Below are positions 62,690 through 64,000 of a DNA stretch of 64,000 nucleotides, one piece after another. Position 1 is the stretch's first letter, and every line of letters starts with the position of its first letter. The stretch is from IMG/VR virus record IMGVR_UViG_3300034104_005687, positions 124,001-188,000 of that record, one strand, 5' to 3'. The position numbers and the translations under genes are program-made. Under the pieces are notes generated by a model, which made no database searches, was not told the origin of the DNA, and saw nothing but the letters and a program-made list of their open reading frames with translations.

Positions 62690-63609
62690 TGGAATTTTTA
62701 AAAAATATCGATTGGCAAAATCATAACGGAGTAAATCTGCCCATGATCAACGACTTTGTTCGAAATCAGTTTTATGATCGAATACTGTCAAGATATGTAA
62801 AAGATCAACACTGTACTGACATTGGATTTGGCACAGGCTTGTTGTCCATACTGGCACTCAAACACGGAGCTGTCCATATTCGTGCATTTGAAAGTGACTA
62901 TGATCGCTATCAACTGGGATGTGAAATTATTGATCAATTGAAATTGTCTGACCGCATTGAGTTAATCAACGAATATTATGATCACAATTATGAACCAACA
63001 CCAATCACATTTACTGAAACTGTAGATGGCAACTTATGGTGGGAAGGATTATGGAACAGCCTGCCATTTGATAACGAGTCTGTTTTCTTGCCAGGCCAGT
63101 ATTTTTTAGAAATGTGGGCAGTAGAAATACCCAGTAGTTTTGCACAAGGGCTGTGCGTACCTATGCAAAACCAATCATTCTTCTCTCCAGGGGTAGATAT
63201 CGACCCTGCATTTGTTTCTGTAGTTAACCAGTTGTCGGGCAACCTGTATGTGGAGTCTGAATCATTGCCACCTGGTATTGTAAACTTTGAACGCCAACAA
63301 GAAACTATATGGGGATGGGTGCCGTATCTTCGAGCCGTGGCAGCAGGATCTTGTGTGGCCGGCTACAGTGCTTCGCAGTGGGCAGCAGACACTGAGTTCT
63401 TCGAGTTAACCATACCAACTGCTGGTTGGAAAAACAAAACAGTGTTGATTGTACCACGCATGGGCATGCAACAAGATTCAGACAAACTGTATCTAGACAC
63501 AGGACACTGGGGTGCTGCAATAAAGCCAATTGTATTGGTAAACCCAGTTTCTAATTTGACAGTCACACACCGTGTGATTGACGGACTAATTACATACTCA
63601 TTGGAATAA
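62689..63609 (+). CDS. SAM-dependent methyltransferase (PrmA/PRMT-like)
   Basis: MINDFVRNQFYD, DIGFGTGLLS.LA...GA, AFESD, TETVD. Start corrected to MEFLK. Confidence 0.75.
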   Translation: MEFLKNIDWQNHNGVNLPMINDFVRNQFYDRILSRYVKDQHCTDIGFGTGLLSILALKHGAVHIRAFESDYDRYQLGCEIIDQLKLSDRIELINEYYDHNYEPTPITFTETVDGNLWWEGLWNSLPFDNESVFLPGQYFLEMWAVEIPSSFAQGLCVPMQNQSFFSPGVDIDPAFVSVVNQLSGNLYVESESLPPGIVNFERQQETIWGWVPYLRAVAAGSCVAGYSASQWAADTEFFELTIPTAGWKNKTVLIVPRMGMQQDSDKLYLDTGHWGAAIKPIVLVNPVSNLTVTHRVIDGLITYSLE

Positions 63610-63610
63610 C

Positions 63611-64000
63611 ATGCTAGAAACAATCTGTGACATCATGGTAGATGCATACAAGCGAAACTGGATCACCAGCCGTGACGGAAATGTCAGCATTCGTCACCAC
63701 GACCGTGATCACTTTTACATCACACCCAGCGGTGTGCGCAAGCAAACACTGCAACCTGATCAGTTCAAAAAGATCAGCATTGACAAAAGCATTCACAGCG
63801 GCTATGGGTCGGCTGCCTTCAACTACAGTTGGAGAGACTTACCTTATTCGGACATCAGTGCAAATTTAAAGCCCAGCGGTGAAATCCCATTGCATTTTGG
63901 GTTGCAACGTGAAATGGGCCAACACAAGGATGATGTTCGGGTAGTGGTTCATGTGCATCCTACCTATTGTATTGCTGCCATGCATGCCGGGATTGATCTC
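63611..64000 (+). CDS. class II aldolase/adducin family protein (3' truncated)
   Basis: Not in the ORF track. DGNVS.R, ITPSG, KPSGE..LH, VVHVHP.Y. Confidence 0.88.
   Translation, partial: MLETICDIMVDAYKRNWITSRDGNVSIRHHDRDHFYITPSGVRKQTLQPDQFKKISIDKSIHSGYGSAAFNYSWRDLPYSDISANLKPSGEIPLHFGLQREMGQHKDDVRVVVHVHPTYCIAAMHAGIDL

Noticed and set aside
1-64000. Stop-codon reassignment
   Set aside because: Recognisable core genes are full length under the standard code, and TAA, TGA and TAG all end genes at coupled junctions.

Overview
This is a 64 kb internal segment of a large lytic myovirus with T4-like core genes. It is densely coding, mostly on the + strand, and I could not recognise any tRNA, rRNA, CRISPR array, intron or intein. 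Gene order: dNMP-kinase-like (5' truncated), HNH, tail sheath, tail tube, baseplate and head-completion genes, putative TerS, internal head proteins with T4-like capsid-targeting N-termini, two fibre genes sharing an anchor domain, secreted SNase, radical SAM genes, TerL, gp32 SSB, UvsX, UvsY, a 7 kb glycosyl/methyltransferase island, five near-identical sigma70 early promoter cassettes ending in an AAA ATPase operon, UvsW, a 189-aa 'mini-DnaE', primase, helicase, a PolX-like/ligase-like fusion, IscU/IscA, a PD-(D/E)XK exonuclease, a pectate-lyase-like tail protein, NrdA, a methyltransferase and a class II aldolase (3' truncated). AT-richer accessory genes (radical SAM, SGNH-like, methyltransferase) sit between core genes. 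Two promoter classes are readable: sigma70 TTGACN-17-TATAAT and T4-type late (TA)TAAATA. Best candidates for undescribed biology: (1) a late, probably virion-packaged PolX-like nucleotidyltransferase fused to a KxDG ligase-fold domain; (2) a thumbless mini family-C polymerase that keeps all three catalytic aspartates; (3) a hairpin at the 3' end of the early operon whose loop is exactly complementary to the ribosome-binding leader of the early cassettes; (4) widespread apparently leaderless transcripts; (5) a dispersed radical SAM/SGNH/methyltransferase/glycosyltransferase toolkit with its own Fe-S assembly genes. All product calls are from motif recognition by eye; no database search was run.
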